Positions 43,797 to 53,388 of a stretch of DNA of 64,000 nt are shown here, one piece after another. Location: assembly GCA_030867685.1 (NCBI GenBank), contig JAQOWU010000001.1, positions 1 to 64,000 of the forward strand. The letters run 5' to 3'. Position 1 is the stretch's first letter. Every line of letters starts with the position of its first letter. Origin of the DNA: Wickerhamiella versatilis (lineage: Eukaryota). Position numbers and translations under genes: made by a program. Under the pieces are notes generated by a model. That model worked only from the letters and a program-made list of their open reading frames with translations. It searched no databases and was not told where the DNA came from.

Positions 43797-44783
43797 ATGC
43801 CATTTGGCCAGCTGGTTATCGGGCCACCGGGTAGCGGCAAATCTACATACTGCAATGGTATGGAGCAGTTTCTTAATGCCATAGGCCGTAAGCCAGCAGT
43901 GGTGAACCTTGACGTTGCGAATGACCGTTTATCCTATAACTGTGCATTGGATATCCGTGATTATATGACTCTGGATAATATCATGGAAGAGGAGGAACTG
44001 GGCCCGAATGGTGCACTTATTTATGCTGTTGAGCAGCTCGAGGAGAACATAGATGGCTTCATTGAGAAGCTAAAACGCCTTGGCCGTCGTCAATATCTCT
44101 TGTTCGATTGCCCGGGACAAATAGAACTGTTCACTCATCATTCAGCTTTGAGCAACATCTTTCGACGTATTGAAAAAGAACTGGATGCTCGATTAGTTGT
44201 GGTCAGCCTCGTGGATAGTCACTACATCGTGTCGCCATCTCAGTACATTTCTGTACTTTTGATGGTACTACGTACAATGCTTCAATTTAATCTGCCCCAA
44301 ATCAATGTTTTGAGCAAGATAGATTTGCTTTCTAACTACGGACCGCTCCCCTTCCGCCTAGATTTCTATACGGAGGTGCAGGACCTTGACTATCTATACC
44401 CACTGGCCAACGAGGAAATGCATGGCCGCTATGCAAAGCTTACCGAAGCAATTGGAGATTTAGTGAGTGAGTTCGGGTTGGTGGATTTCCAGGTTCTGGC
44501 CGTTGAAAACAAAAGGAGCATGATCAACCTGCTCAGTGTAATCGACAAAGCCACTGGATATCTTTTTGGGACCTCTGAAGTTGGTGGCGACTCGGTATGG
44601 GTAGAGGCATCACGACAGGGGTCTGGTGGTTATTTAGGTGGAGCGCCAATAGACATCCACGAAAGATGGGTGGAACACAAGCGAGAATATGATGAGGAGG
44701 AGCGTAATAAAGAGACGGAATGGGCAGATCTAGCTTCGCAACACGAGCAGGACTCGGGCGTAGCTACAAGAGCTGGAATGTAG
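43797..44783 (+). CDS. GPN2: GPN-loop GTPase 2
   Basis: MPFGQLVIGPPGSGKSTYC, LGPNG, YLLFDCPGQIELFTHH, FYTEVQDL. Confidence 0.95.
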   Translation: MPFGQLVIGPPGSGKSTYCNGMEQFLNAIGRKPAVVNLDVANDRLSYNCALDIRDYMTLDNIMEEEELGPNGALIYAVEQLEENIDGFIEKLKRLGRRQYLLFDCPGQIELFTHHSALSNIFRRIEKELDARLVVVSLVDSHYIVSPSQYISVLLMVLRTMLQFNLPQINVLSKIDLLSNYGPLPFRLDFYTEVQDLDYLYPLANEEMHGRYAKLTEAIGDLVSEFGLVDFQVLAVENKRSMINLLSVIDKATGYLFGTSEVGGDSVWVEASRQGSGGYLGGAPIDIHERWVEHKREYDEEERNKETEWADLASQHEQDSGVATRAGM

Positions 44784-44801
44784 GGTAAATAGTTTAATTT
44801 T

Positions 44802-45125
44802 TCATACGATTCCTGCGAGATAAGTTTTGGCCGCCGATATGGCCCCAGCAGCATCAGTTGCTTCGCCTCCATCACCTCGTTTTAGATCAATAGCCGAGAC
44901 TTCATTGATTTGGTTTTCAATACTTTGCCTTACACGTGGCAAGATGCGTTTGGTCTCATCTACAATTTCTTGGGCCTTGCGTGCCTCGTACTCATCACCA
45001 GCTGTCTGAACGCGGCTCAATGAAGCCTCTTGTTCCTGAAGCTCTTGAACGTAGAGTTGGTGCTCTTTGACCAACCTCTTTAGGGCGTTAACCTTCAGTT
45101 GGTTTCTCGATGGTGCAGGGGGCAT
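44802..45125 (-). CDS. RBL2: Tubulin-folding cofactor A
   Basis: QLKVNALKRLVKEHQLY...DEYEARKAQEIVDETKRILP. Start at ATG 45125; the upstream part of the ORF-track ORF is not homologous. Confidence 0.9.
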   Translation of the reverse strand: MPPAPSRNQLKVNALKRLVKEHQLYVQELQEQEASLSRVQTAGDEYEARKAQEIVDETKRILPRVRQSIENQINEVSAIDLKRGDGGEATDAAGAISAAKTYLAGIV

Positions 45126-45483
45126 CTCTATATTTTTAGTAAGGCAGTGGTGGTGGACTGGCTCTATATGGTGGAAAGCACATGAATACGACATTAGCAC
45201 TTTTAAAAGTTTTAAATAAATGCTCTGTAGGTATCTTTCAATTAGTTTAACTTCACCTTGAAGGCCACTGGTGAGGAAACCAGCACCACTTTTATGTAGT
45301 TTGAATATTAAGGAAATACTGACTTCGTCCAGTTCAATGAGCTTCCCAAAACCCAGTATTAGAATTGCGATATATTTTGATTGTAGATATTCACGCACAA
45401 TCGGTTCATTTGTGCCCCAATTGAAAGCACATGCGGCGATCCCTACTATGCAGAAACCTTTAATCAGCACATCTGTCAACGAG

Positions 45484-47898
45484 ATGTCGGTTTTCAAAGA
45501 CCGGGCCGAGACTGTCAAGGCTAGAATAGAAGAATATGAGAATCTTTTGAAACTTACTGCTGGAAGTAATGATATGACAGTGTATCTTGGTGATGGGTAT
45601 TTTGCCACGCTTCCACCAGCTGAGGCAGAGGCGTTTTTGCAACGGCGGTTGGTGACTTTCCGCATGGAATTAGAGGCATTAAATGAATTTCAGGGACTGA
45701 ACGAAGATGGATTGCCCATCATGGATATTGTTGAGGAACTGGACTCAAATAACGAGGTGGTGAGGTCTCGAGTAGAGAGGGCGGGCTCTGCATTTCAAGA
45801 ACTACTGAAACAACCAGATTTGGTTTCAATGGCGGAGGACGGTAAGACGCTTGGGATCAACGGGGCTGTGAGGGATAAATCAGTGCCTTCTCAGTCTGGT
45901 GTTAGCGCTGCCGATCACACTACCCAGAACGGTTCTGTTGATGACACCAAAGAACTTGATGTCACACCAGAGAAATCACAAACAAAATCTTCTGAGCATA
46001 ATTCACGACTCATGCATGACGGAACACCCCGTATACTTGAATTTGATTCGTCTACGGAGGCTTCTCATCCTCTTTCTGACGTGAAGGAACGCACGTCGTC
46101 TGCAGAAAATAATAATATAAAGCCGGTGACTGCTGCGAAGGAAAAAGATGGAGTTATAGAGCTATACAGCAACGAGAAGCATCCGTCTGGTGCTGATTCT
46201 CACGCTACCAAGGACGAAAGCTCAACACAAAATAGTTCAACTTCAGGGCAAGTCGAGACGCCTAGTGACACCTCAGTGGAGACTAAAGATCTCACTAAAA
46301 AAGAAGAGAGCAAGGACGTGAAACCACAGATTTCTCCGGAGGATGTTCTAGAGCTTGAATTATTTAATGATGAAATTGGTGAACTTGATGCCAACGAAAA
46401 TGAAGATGAAACAGAATTGAGTTACGATTTCAAAAATCTTGATATCAGCTCCTCAGAGGAAGGCGAAGAAGATGAAGAAGATTATGAGGAGGAGGCTAAC
46501 AGCAATTCTGATTCTGAAAATGATTACGGCTGGCGTGGTGGTTCTTTGTTTCCTGGGGATGACAGGACACAAAAACTGCTCCGTGAGAGTTTGTCAAATC
46601 AAAAGAAAAGCAGGGATCCCGTGGCTGAGATCACTGAGAGGCAGGAAGAAAATAAACCCACTCAGGACATCGGTGATGAAGATTTACGAAGCAATGAGAA
46701 AACAGAACCTACTAAGAAAGTAGACGAAGAAGAACCTGCAAAGAGCTCCCCTTCAAAACCAGCGAAACGAGGCGTAAGGTTTTCGGGAAATGTTGATGTG
46801 CATGAGTTTGAGACTAATGTGAGCGAGCGTAAGGGTGTGGTCCCCCTACCGAAGAAAGTATCCCAGTTCAAGCAAAGACGCATGCAGACCCAAAAGAAGC
46901 AAGCTATGGGAGCTAATTCTGCTGCCTCTACTTCTGCTTCTGCTTCCGCTTCTGCTGCGGCAGCCGCTGTTGCTGCTGCCTCAAGCCCGAGGAATGGTGA
47001 TCGGCGATCGCAGCCAAGCCATGGTCAAGATCAAATGCATGGATCTAGTCCTCGGCGAGCGCAGCCAAATCATGGCCAAGATCACATGATCGCTCGATCC
47101 AGCCCGCAAAGACCCCAGCCAAATAGTGGACAAGGCCATATATCCATGTCTAGTCCTCAGAGGGGTCAGCCAACAAGTGGTCAAGATCACCTGGCTGCGT
47201 CTAGTCCTCGGAACGTACAGCCTCATAATGACCAAGATCACATGGCTAGATCTAGTCTTCGTAAAGCACAGCCTAATAATGACCAAGATCACATGGCTAG
47301 ATCTAGCCTTCGTAAAGCTCAATCGACCCAAGGCCACGTCATTGAGCCTAGTTCTCAAGGAATTCAGCCAAACCATGGTCAAAATCAAATGATTAGTCCC
47401 AGTCCTCAACGGGCTCATTCAGAACCATATAGCCGTCGGTATAAGGTACCGGCAGAAAAACCCTTGGCGGAAAAGCTTGACGTCCCCCGTGAAGCACAAA
47501 ATTCAAATCCTCCCCCAGCTGAATTTCGCGAGACAGGCATTGTTAGGGATGAAGACATGCTCGAGAAAGGCACGCAAAAATATATTAACCAATCCTTCAT
47601 TCCAGACGAAGATTTCATCAAACTGCATGATAATGATGAGGATAAAGTTACAGAAGTAACTGATGAGGCTTCTCACGAGAAACCTTTACTGGATGAGGTG
47701 CATGAGCGTTCCACTTCACAATCTGTTGATGATGAATATAGCCGTGATATGCGTGCTATACGACTTCGGCACCAACAGCTACGTCAAAAGATGGTTTATG
47801 AATCGGGTGGGTACCGGAAGACGGATAAAGAACAAGAGCTGGAGCCAATTGAGGAGCCCAAGCGAAAGATCAGCCGGTTTAAAGCTGCGAGGCGTTGA
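45484..47898 (+). CDS. BUD27: Unconventional prefoldin RPB5 interactor (URI)
   Basis: Prefoldin-like N-terminus (VYLGDGYF...AEAFLQRR), NEDGLPIMDIVEELD, acidic tract, C-terminal KISRFKAAR; start probably ATG 45484. Confidence 0.88.
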   Translation: MSVFKDRAETVKARIEEYENLLKLTAGSNDMTVYLGDGYFATLPPAEAEAFLQRRLVTFRMELEALNEFQGLNEDGLPIMDIVEELDSNNEVVRSRVERAGSAFQELLKQPDLVSMAEDGKTLGINGAVRDKSVPSQSGVSAADHTTQNGSVDDTKELDVTPEKSQTKSSEHNSRLMHDGTPRILEFDSSTEASHPLSDVKERTSSAENNNIKPVTAAKEKDGVIELYSNEKHPSGADSHATKDESSTQNSSTSGQVETPSDTSVETKDLTKKEESKDVKPQISPEDVLELELFNDEIGELDANENEDETELSYDFKNLDISSSEEGEEDEEDYEEEANSNSDSENDYGWRGGSLFPGDDRTQKLLRESLSNQKKSRDPVAEITERQEENKPTQDIGDEDLRSNEKTEPTKKVDEEEPAKSSPSKPAKRGVRFSGNVDVHEFETNVSERKGVVPLPKKVSQFKQRRMQTQKKQAMGANSAASTSASASASAAAAAVAAASSPRNGDRRSQPSHGQDQMHGSSPRRAQPNHGQDHMIARSSPQRPQPNSGQGHISMSSPQRGQPTSGQDHLAASSPRNVQPHNDQDHMARSSLRKAQPNNDQDHMARSSLRKAQSTQGHVIEPSSQGIQPNHGQNQMISPSPQRAHSEPYSRRYKVPAEKPLAEKLDVPREAQNSNPPPAEFRETGIVRDEDMLEKGTQKYINQSFIPDEDFIKLHDNDEDKVTEVTDEASHEKPLLDEVHERSTSQSVDDEYSRDMRAIRLRHQQLRQKMVYESGGYRKTDKEQELEPIEEPKRKISRFKAARR
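46981..47415 (+). repeat. Coding minisatellite in BUD27, ~51 nt (17 aa) unit, ~8 copies
   Basis: Repeated TCTAGTCCTCG...CAGCC...CAAGATCACATGGCT, encoding SSPRRAQPNHGQDHM-like units. Confidence 0.9.
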
Positions 47899-48052
47899 TA
47901 CTAATTTTTGTATCTTTACCTGTTCAGATTCCTATTCAAATTTCTGTCTTCGTACTCGTACCTTATATTGTATCTATCATGATCGTAGGTCGTAATAATT
48001 TTAAAGGTGATTGATTGACTGAGTGAATCGTTGGTTAGTAATATAATATGTC

Positions 48053-49216
48053 ATGAGAAATTTGATCGCCATAGTTGGCAATACTGGTGTGGGAAAATCA
48101 CAGCTTGCCGTTGAAATTGCACGTAAGCTTAATGGTGAGATAATAAATAGCGATGTCATGCAACTTTATCGTGGATTGGATATCATTACCAATAAACATC
48201 CTGTGTCAGAGCGACAAGGAGTTCCACACCATTTTATGAACTTCTTAGATTGGAATTCGCACTATACGGTTCAAGACTTCGAAAGTGAAGTGCCTCCTTT
48301 AATTGAACGTCTTCATGCAGAAAATAAATTACCTATTTTAGTGGGAGGCACGCACTACTACATCCAAAGCCTGTTGGCTGAAGAGGCAATCACTGCAGAA
48401 CCTGGACGCGAACTATCGGATGAAGAGAAAAAGCTTTTGGATAATCCGTCAGAAGTGGAGAAGAGATTGCATGAGGTGGATCCTGTTGTGGCGTCAAAGT
48501 TTCATCCGAATGATGCTCGGAGATTGAGGCGGGCACTAGAGATATGGATGCAAACCGGAAAAAAGCCCTCTGATATATGGGCTGCACAGTCAAGGCAGCT
48601 ACGATATCGGGTTCTTGTACTTTGGGTGTGGTGTGAACGAGAAGAGCTCAAAAGGCGATTGGACGCAAGAGTAGACTACATGGTTGAGCATGGCCTGGTA
48701 AATGAAATTACGGAGATGTATTCCAGGTATCGCCCCAATGAAGCACAGCAGGGTATATGGCAGGTTCTCGGATTCCGGCAATTTCTTCCGTGGTTTGAAC
48801 TACGAGAAGACGAAGTTTTCCAGGAGTGCGTCGAAAGAATGAAAGCGGACACCCGCCAGTATGCCAAGCGACAGTCTAAATGGATTGTCAACAAATTAGG
48901 ACCGCTTGTAAATAATCAAATGGTTACACTGGACTCAACTGATTTACAAAGTTGGGACCGGAATGTTCTTGATAAGGCGCTGGCGTCTTGTCAAGCCTTC
49001 TTGAAAGGTGAACATGTAAAAGGGACAACATCGGACATGCCTGAACACATTCGGAGTAATAGACAAATACCAGAATATTCCCAGGATAAATGGATCAGGC
49101 ACACATGCGAGACATGTAGCCGCGAGAAAGGTTGCGATGTAATTTTAGTGGGAGATATGGCGTGGGAGGAGCACCTGAAGTCAAAGGGGCACCAGAAACG
49201 TGCCAAAAGCACATAG
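48053..49216 (+). CDS. MOD5: tRNA dimethylallyltransferase
   Basis: IVGNTGVGKSQL, EIINSDVMQLYRGLDIITNK, VGGTHYY, TRQYAKRQ, and a C-terminal C2H2 finger. Confidence 0.96.
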   Translation: MRNLIAIVGNTGVGKSQLAVEIARKLNGEIINSDVMQLYRGLDIITNKHPVSERQGVPHHFMNFLDWNSHYTVQDFESEVPPLIERLHAENKLPILVGGTHYYIQSLLAEEAITAEPGRELSDEEKKLLDNPSEVEKRLHEVDPVVASKFHPNDARRLRRALEIWMQTGKKPSDIWAAQSRQLRYRVLVLWVWCEREELKRRLDARVDYMVEHGLVNEITEMYSRYRPNEAQQGIWQVLGFRQFLPWFELREDEVFQECVERMKADTRQYAKRQSKWIVNKLGPLVNNQMVTLDSTDLQSWDRNVLDKALASCQAFLKGEHVKGTTSDMPEHIRSNRQIPEYSQDKWIRHTCETCSREKGCDVILVGDMAWEEHLKSKGHQKRAKST

Positions 49217-49290
49217 CGGGGTTAGTATCCCGCTTCACGTATCTATATCTATATGTCTATAAAAATTTTTAAAAAACTAAGGAGCCTCAT

Positions 49291-49845
49291 TCACAGCATT
49301 TGTGACATGAACCCTCTTGCGAAATGCACAAATGTGTCTGTATCAAGTTGTGGATGCGATGTCTGATATTCCGGGTAAACTGGAGGTGATGGCATGTTTT
49401 CATTTTCGCTTAACCCAATAGGTTTTTGAGATGTCGATCCACTAGACTCGGTCAAGCCGAGATGCGCTTGCTTTGCTGTAATAAGACTATCTGAATAGTC
49501 ATTATCTAGGTCTTGGTCATGAGCCTGATGTTTATCAGCTTGTGAGAAATATTCAAAAGCGTTATTCGTGACAGACTGAACGAATGGCACTACCGAAAGT
49601 TGTCCCACTGATGAAGCCACACGGTCACCGTATGTGTTAACAGCTAGTTTGACCATACCGAGATTCACTTTGACTGATTGAGGAATCCCGAGTGCAAAGC
49701 TTGCGATAGACTCAGTAATATTTTGGTATCCAAAATTCTGTATCTGTGGGATCAGCGAGTGGGCATCTGGATTTGCCACAGCCACCAATTCTAGGGGCAC
49801 CGCGGAGACAACAAGAAGGTTGGCGAGAGTTGACATCAGCATCAT
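49291..49845 (-). CDS. Hypothetical protein with signal-peptide-like N-terminus
   Basis: 184 aa ATG ORF occupying an otherwise empty interval, with a hydrophobic N-terminus; no family recognised. Confidence 0.5.
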   Translation of the reverse strand: MMLMSTLANLLVVSAVPLELVAVANPDAHSLIPQIQNFGYQNITESIASFALGIPQSVKVNLGMVKLAVNTYGDRVASSVGQLSVVPFVQSVTNNAFEYFSQADKHQAHDQDLDNDYSDSLITAKQAHLGLTESSGSTSQKPIGLSENENMPSPPVYPEYQTSHPQLDTDTFVHFARGFMSQML

Positions 49846-50270
49846 GATCTTGTTTTAAAAAAATGAATGAAAAAATCTGGTTAGGAAATGAGAGGACGCG
49901 TAGGAAGTTAATTGTGCTATTGTTGCGCTTTAAGTGGACATGTTGTCGATTAGGTGTGGGTTTAGGCTAATCTAACTTTTGAAGCTTTTAAAATTAAATA
50001 ATATAAGTAAACTTTACTGAGATTAATAGTCAGATTTTTCACATTACTAGGGTAAATATTCGGACATTTCTTATCCTTTACAGGAATACCCTTATAGGTG
50101 GGTCTCCTCCGAAGGTTTTTCACTCCACCTTTTTCCCAATAATATACGATGGGTATTCAAAAAAAAGTAGATTATTTATCACTAAGGCTAGACCGAACAG
50201 GCTATGGAGACCCTACACTGTACAACCATCACAGCTCCCGGGTCCAGCTAACGTCATCAAGACTTATGGT

Positions 50271-50969
50271 ATGTTGATAATTGGCCTCACTGGTGGGATT
50301 GCAACGGGGAAGTCAACAGTTTCTAAACGCCTTAAAGATTATCACCATATTGTCGTTGTTGATGCTGATAGGGTAGCACATGAGGTGGTTGAGCCCGGCA
50401 GGCCGGCATATAATGAGATCGTTAATTACTTCTCCGCTATCGACCCAGATGTAGTTCTTGCAGATGGTACATTGAATCGACCTGCTTTAGGAAGAATTGT
50501 TTTTGGCAACGCCGATCACCGAAGGAAACTCAATTCAATTGTGCACCCAGCTGTGCGTAAGAGCATGGCCTGGCAGATTGCCAAAGCATGGATATCTGGC
50601 GAAAAACTTGTGGTTGCAGATGTTCCTCTACTATTTGAGGCTAATCTAGACCGGTTTGTAGGTGTGAGTGTTGCTGTGCTTTGTGATGAAGACTTGCAGT
50701 ATCAAAGATTAAGGGCCCGAAATCCCCACTTAAGTGAAGAAGATGCTCGCCAGCGCATTGCTAGTCAGATGCCTCTTTCGGAGAAGCAAAAAAAGGCTGC
50801 CTATGTCATCGAGAATAATGGCTCTTTGGAAGAGCTCAACTCTAAGGTGGACGCATTTGTTGCGAATGCCACTCCATCCGCGCTACGGACGTGGGCCCAA
50901 AGAGTACCTCCCATCGGGTTAACCTATGCACTATGGGCCTATCTTTTCCCTATTCGAAGTCAGATATAG
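50271..50969 (+). CDS. CAB5: Dephospho-CoA kinase
   Basis: IIGLTGGIATGKSTVS, VDAD, LNSIVHPAVR, DVPLLFE, RIASQMP. Confidence 0.96.
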   Translation: MLIIGLTGGIATGKSTVSKRLKDYHHIVVVDADRVAHEVVEPGRPAYNEIVNYFSAIDPDVVLADGTLNRPALGRIVFGNADHRRKLNSIVHPAVRKSMAWQIAKAWISGEKLVVADVPLLFEANLDRFVGVSVAVLCDEDLQYQRLRARNPHLSEEDARQRIASQMPLSEKQKKAAYVIENNGSLEELNSKVDAFVANATPSALRTWAQRVPPIGLTYALWAYLFPIRSQI

Positions 50970-50989
50970 TATAAGTATAAAAAGCATTG

Positions 50990-52390
50990 TTAGCGAGTAA
51001 GCTCGTGCCCTTCGTCTCCCTCATCATCTTCGTCGTCAGAAGGCTTAGCTGAGGCTGGTGCTGAAAATGAAGGTAGCCGCTCATAGTCTGATCCATCACC
51101 TTCATCATCTGTATATCCCTCATCCTCTTCGTTGTCTGATTGCTCCTCAACCTCCATTTCCAATTCGTAAAGTTCATCAAAGCATTCGGCAAGAAGGGCA
51201 TTAAGAACACCTTGACCTGGGGGTATTTCGCCATCCACGACAAATTTTCCCTCACTATCTCTCAGTTTATCTAGAGAACTCAATTTCATTTGATATGGAT
51301 AGAGCTCCCGTAGCTTGGACACACCACCAACGTTGTGAACCTCCACCAGGCATCGTTTCATGGTAAGCATCTGGTTATAAATCGGGGTAAGAGCCTCACT
51401 CACAGGCTCTGCATTGTCCAGCAACTTGTAAATCATAGCAAGGCATTTGCGCAGTAGGTAAACGACAAGGATATACTGTTTAGGTGGGAGTCCCTGCTCC
51501 GACAATACGTAGTCTGGTTGGGCCCGTATGAGATGAATGAATTTCAAAATTTGCATCACGTAGCCGTATAAGTCTGTCTCACGCATTGTCCACCGATGGG
51601 TCATGAGAAATACTTCAAGGTTCTTCTGAGAGGCATAAAGTTCCTTAAACTGTTTTTCAACATTTGGTTGCATAAATGGACCATCCTTAAACGTATCGCA
51701 TATATCAATACATGTGTTGAGTTGCTCATCGACTAGTGCGGAATGCTTTCCTGGCTCAATATGCTGGGCTATGCGGACCAACCGCTCCCTGGTGTGCACT
51801 ATTTCTGCTGGATTAAAGGGCTCAGAGACCACCTGGGCGAAAATTTCTCGCCTTATATGCAGAATCTGGGCATAAACAGGCCAATCTTCGGCATCCAACG
51901 TCGAGATTCGTTTCTCTGCAGAGCTCAAGAGTTCTTCCGCTGTTGCTATATTTTCTCGAAGAAGACCATCAATTACACGATTCGTAGGATAATCAGGATT
52001 CGTAGTGCCTGCATCCACTAAATTCTCGATGTCCTTCAACCGCGTGGCAAGAACATTTAGCTCCTTAGGTGTGTTTGTTGGCTCTCGTGAAAGGTATCGA
52101 AACAGGTGAATCATAGTGACCACTAGGGCGAAGTTAGCCAGGGGACGGCGGGTGTATCCGACAGTCAGAAGGGCGAGTGAGAAAATCAAGCAAATATCTA
52201 CCAATTCTTCGTGCTCAACTGACTTGGGATCCTTGACTAGCGCAAGCTCCTCGCTTGTTACGCCATCCAGCACGGTTGAGAGCTCAGCGAGCAAGCCATC
52301 AACAGTATGCATGTTCAAGAATTTGGTCCGATCCCGCTTGGACGCCACTAACTTCGCCCGGATTTCCGCTACCGACTGACGAAGAGGCAT
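50990..52390 (-). CDS. CUB1: UPF0662 / DUF2408 protein (YPL260W-like)
   Basis: THRWTMRETDLY, EPVSEALTPIYNQ, RELYPYQMKL, IPPGQG...LLAECF. Confidence 0.85.
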   Translation of the reverse strand: MPLRQSVAEIRAKLVASKRDRTKFLNMHTVDGLLAELSTVLDGVTSEELALVKDPKSVEHEELVDICLIFSLALLTVGYTRRPLANFALVVTMIHLFRYLSREPTNTPKELNVLATRLKDIENLVDAGTTNPDYPTNRVIDGLLRENIATAEELLSSAEKRISTLDAEDWPVYAQILHIRREIFAQVVSEPFNPAEIVHTRERLVRIAQHIEPGKHSALVDEQLNTCIDICDTFKDGPFMQPNVEKQFKELYASQKNLEVFLMTHRWTMRETDLYGYVMQILKFIHLIRAQPDYVLSEQGLPPKQYILVVYLLRKCLAMIYKLLDNAEPVSEALTPIYNQMLTMKRCLVEVHNVGGVSKLRELYPYQMKLSSLDKLRDSEGKFVVDGEIPPGQGVLNALLAECFDELYELEMEVEEQSDNEEDEGYTDDEGDGSDYERLPSFSAPASAKPSDDEDDEGDEGHELTR

Positions 52391-53388
52391 TGATTATTCT
52401 TGATTAGTAACCACAAACGCATTAAATGCGACGGGTGAACTATGTAAATTAGCAACGATAACGAAGAATTAGGTTTCAGGCTACTTTATCCATATTTTAC
52501 GGGACTTTCCGTCCTGCTGAATGGTTTTTGGCCGCACATGTAGTATAAAAAATCTCTTTTTGTAGGGTGGCCCTAGCCCTCTCCACATTGTGATTCTTAC
52601 TCTTGTCGGTGATGCATTACATGCAGAGTAGCAGTAGATTTGGTCACACAGTGTATGTAAACGAGCAAATGGTAAGATGTTAATAGTACAGAGTGTCATA
52701 TTACAGCCATTTGAAGTCCCAGCTATCCATCTAATCCCGGTAATTCATCAGATGGTGAAGTTATAGAACGCAGTCTATAGATGTATTTTCATCAACCGGA
52801 ACACGAATAAAGCCTCTGTAAAGTGAACGCAATAAAATACAATACTGCCTGACTTCTCGGGAAATAAATCATTTGACGTATGAAGAGGGGAAGGATGTTC
52901 TTCCGGTAGGGACGGTAGTGGAGCCAATACCCAGGATAAAAGGGTCGGTCGTCGTGTATGCAGTGATGAAAAAGCTTCTCGAATTAGCCTACCACATAAT
53001 CTCGCGCATAGAAATAATATATTTGTGGGTCAGCGCCGTCTGATCTAGCAATTAGACGAACCAGCGAATGTTTAGTGAAAGACGCACAGCCGATTACTCT
53101 AAAACCATATATCATCCATATCACTAAAAGTGAACTACTAACCTTAGGGATCCAGAGGTTGCGGGGCCGCACGGCCACTCTGATCTATTCATATTTACCC
53201 AGCCAAGAATCACCTCTTCCTATAGAGGAAGACTGCAGAATTGCGAAATCGGTCCCAATACTAAAGCTTGGTATAATTTATAACCTACGATGGTTCCTCA
53301 AGCAACCGGTCTGTACATGATACCTTGCCAAACCCTTTCATGACTCCAATTACCTTGATGAGATATATGGGCAAGGTTTTGAAGAAGT

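Noticed and set aside
45126-45665. Long N-terminal extensions making RBL2 and BUD27 overlap
   Set aside because: The extensions begin at non-ATG codons in the ORF track and are not homologous; real starts are probably 45125 and 45484.
52495-52520. GGAAAGTCCCG on the minus strand resembling the RNase MRP P4 5' strand
   Set aside because: No matching 3' P4 strand, and only ~100 nt of room before the CUB1 start.
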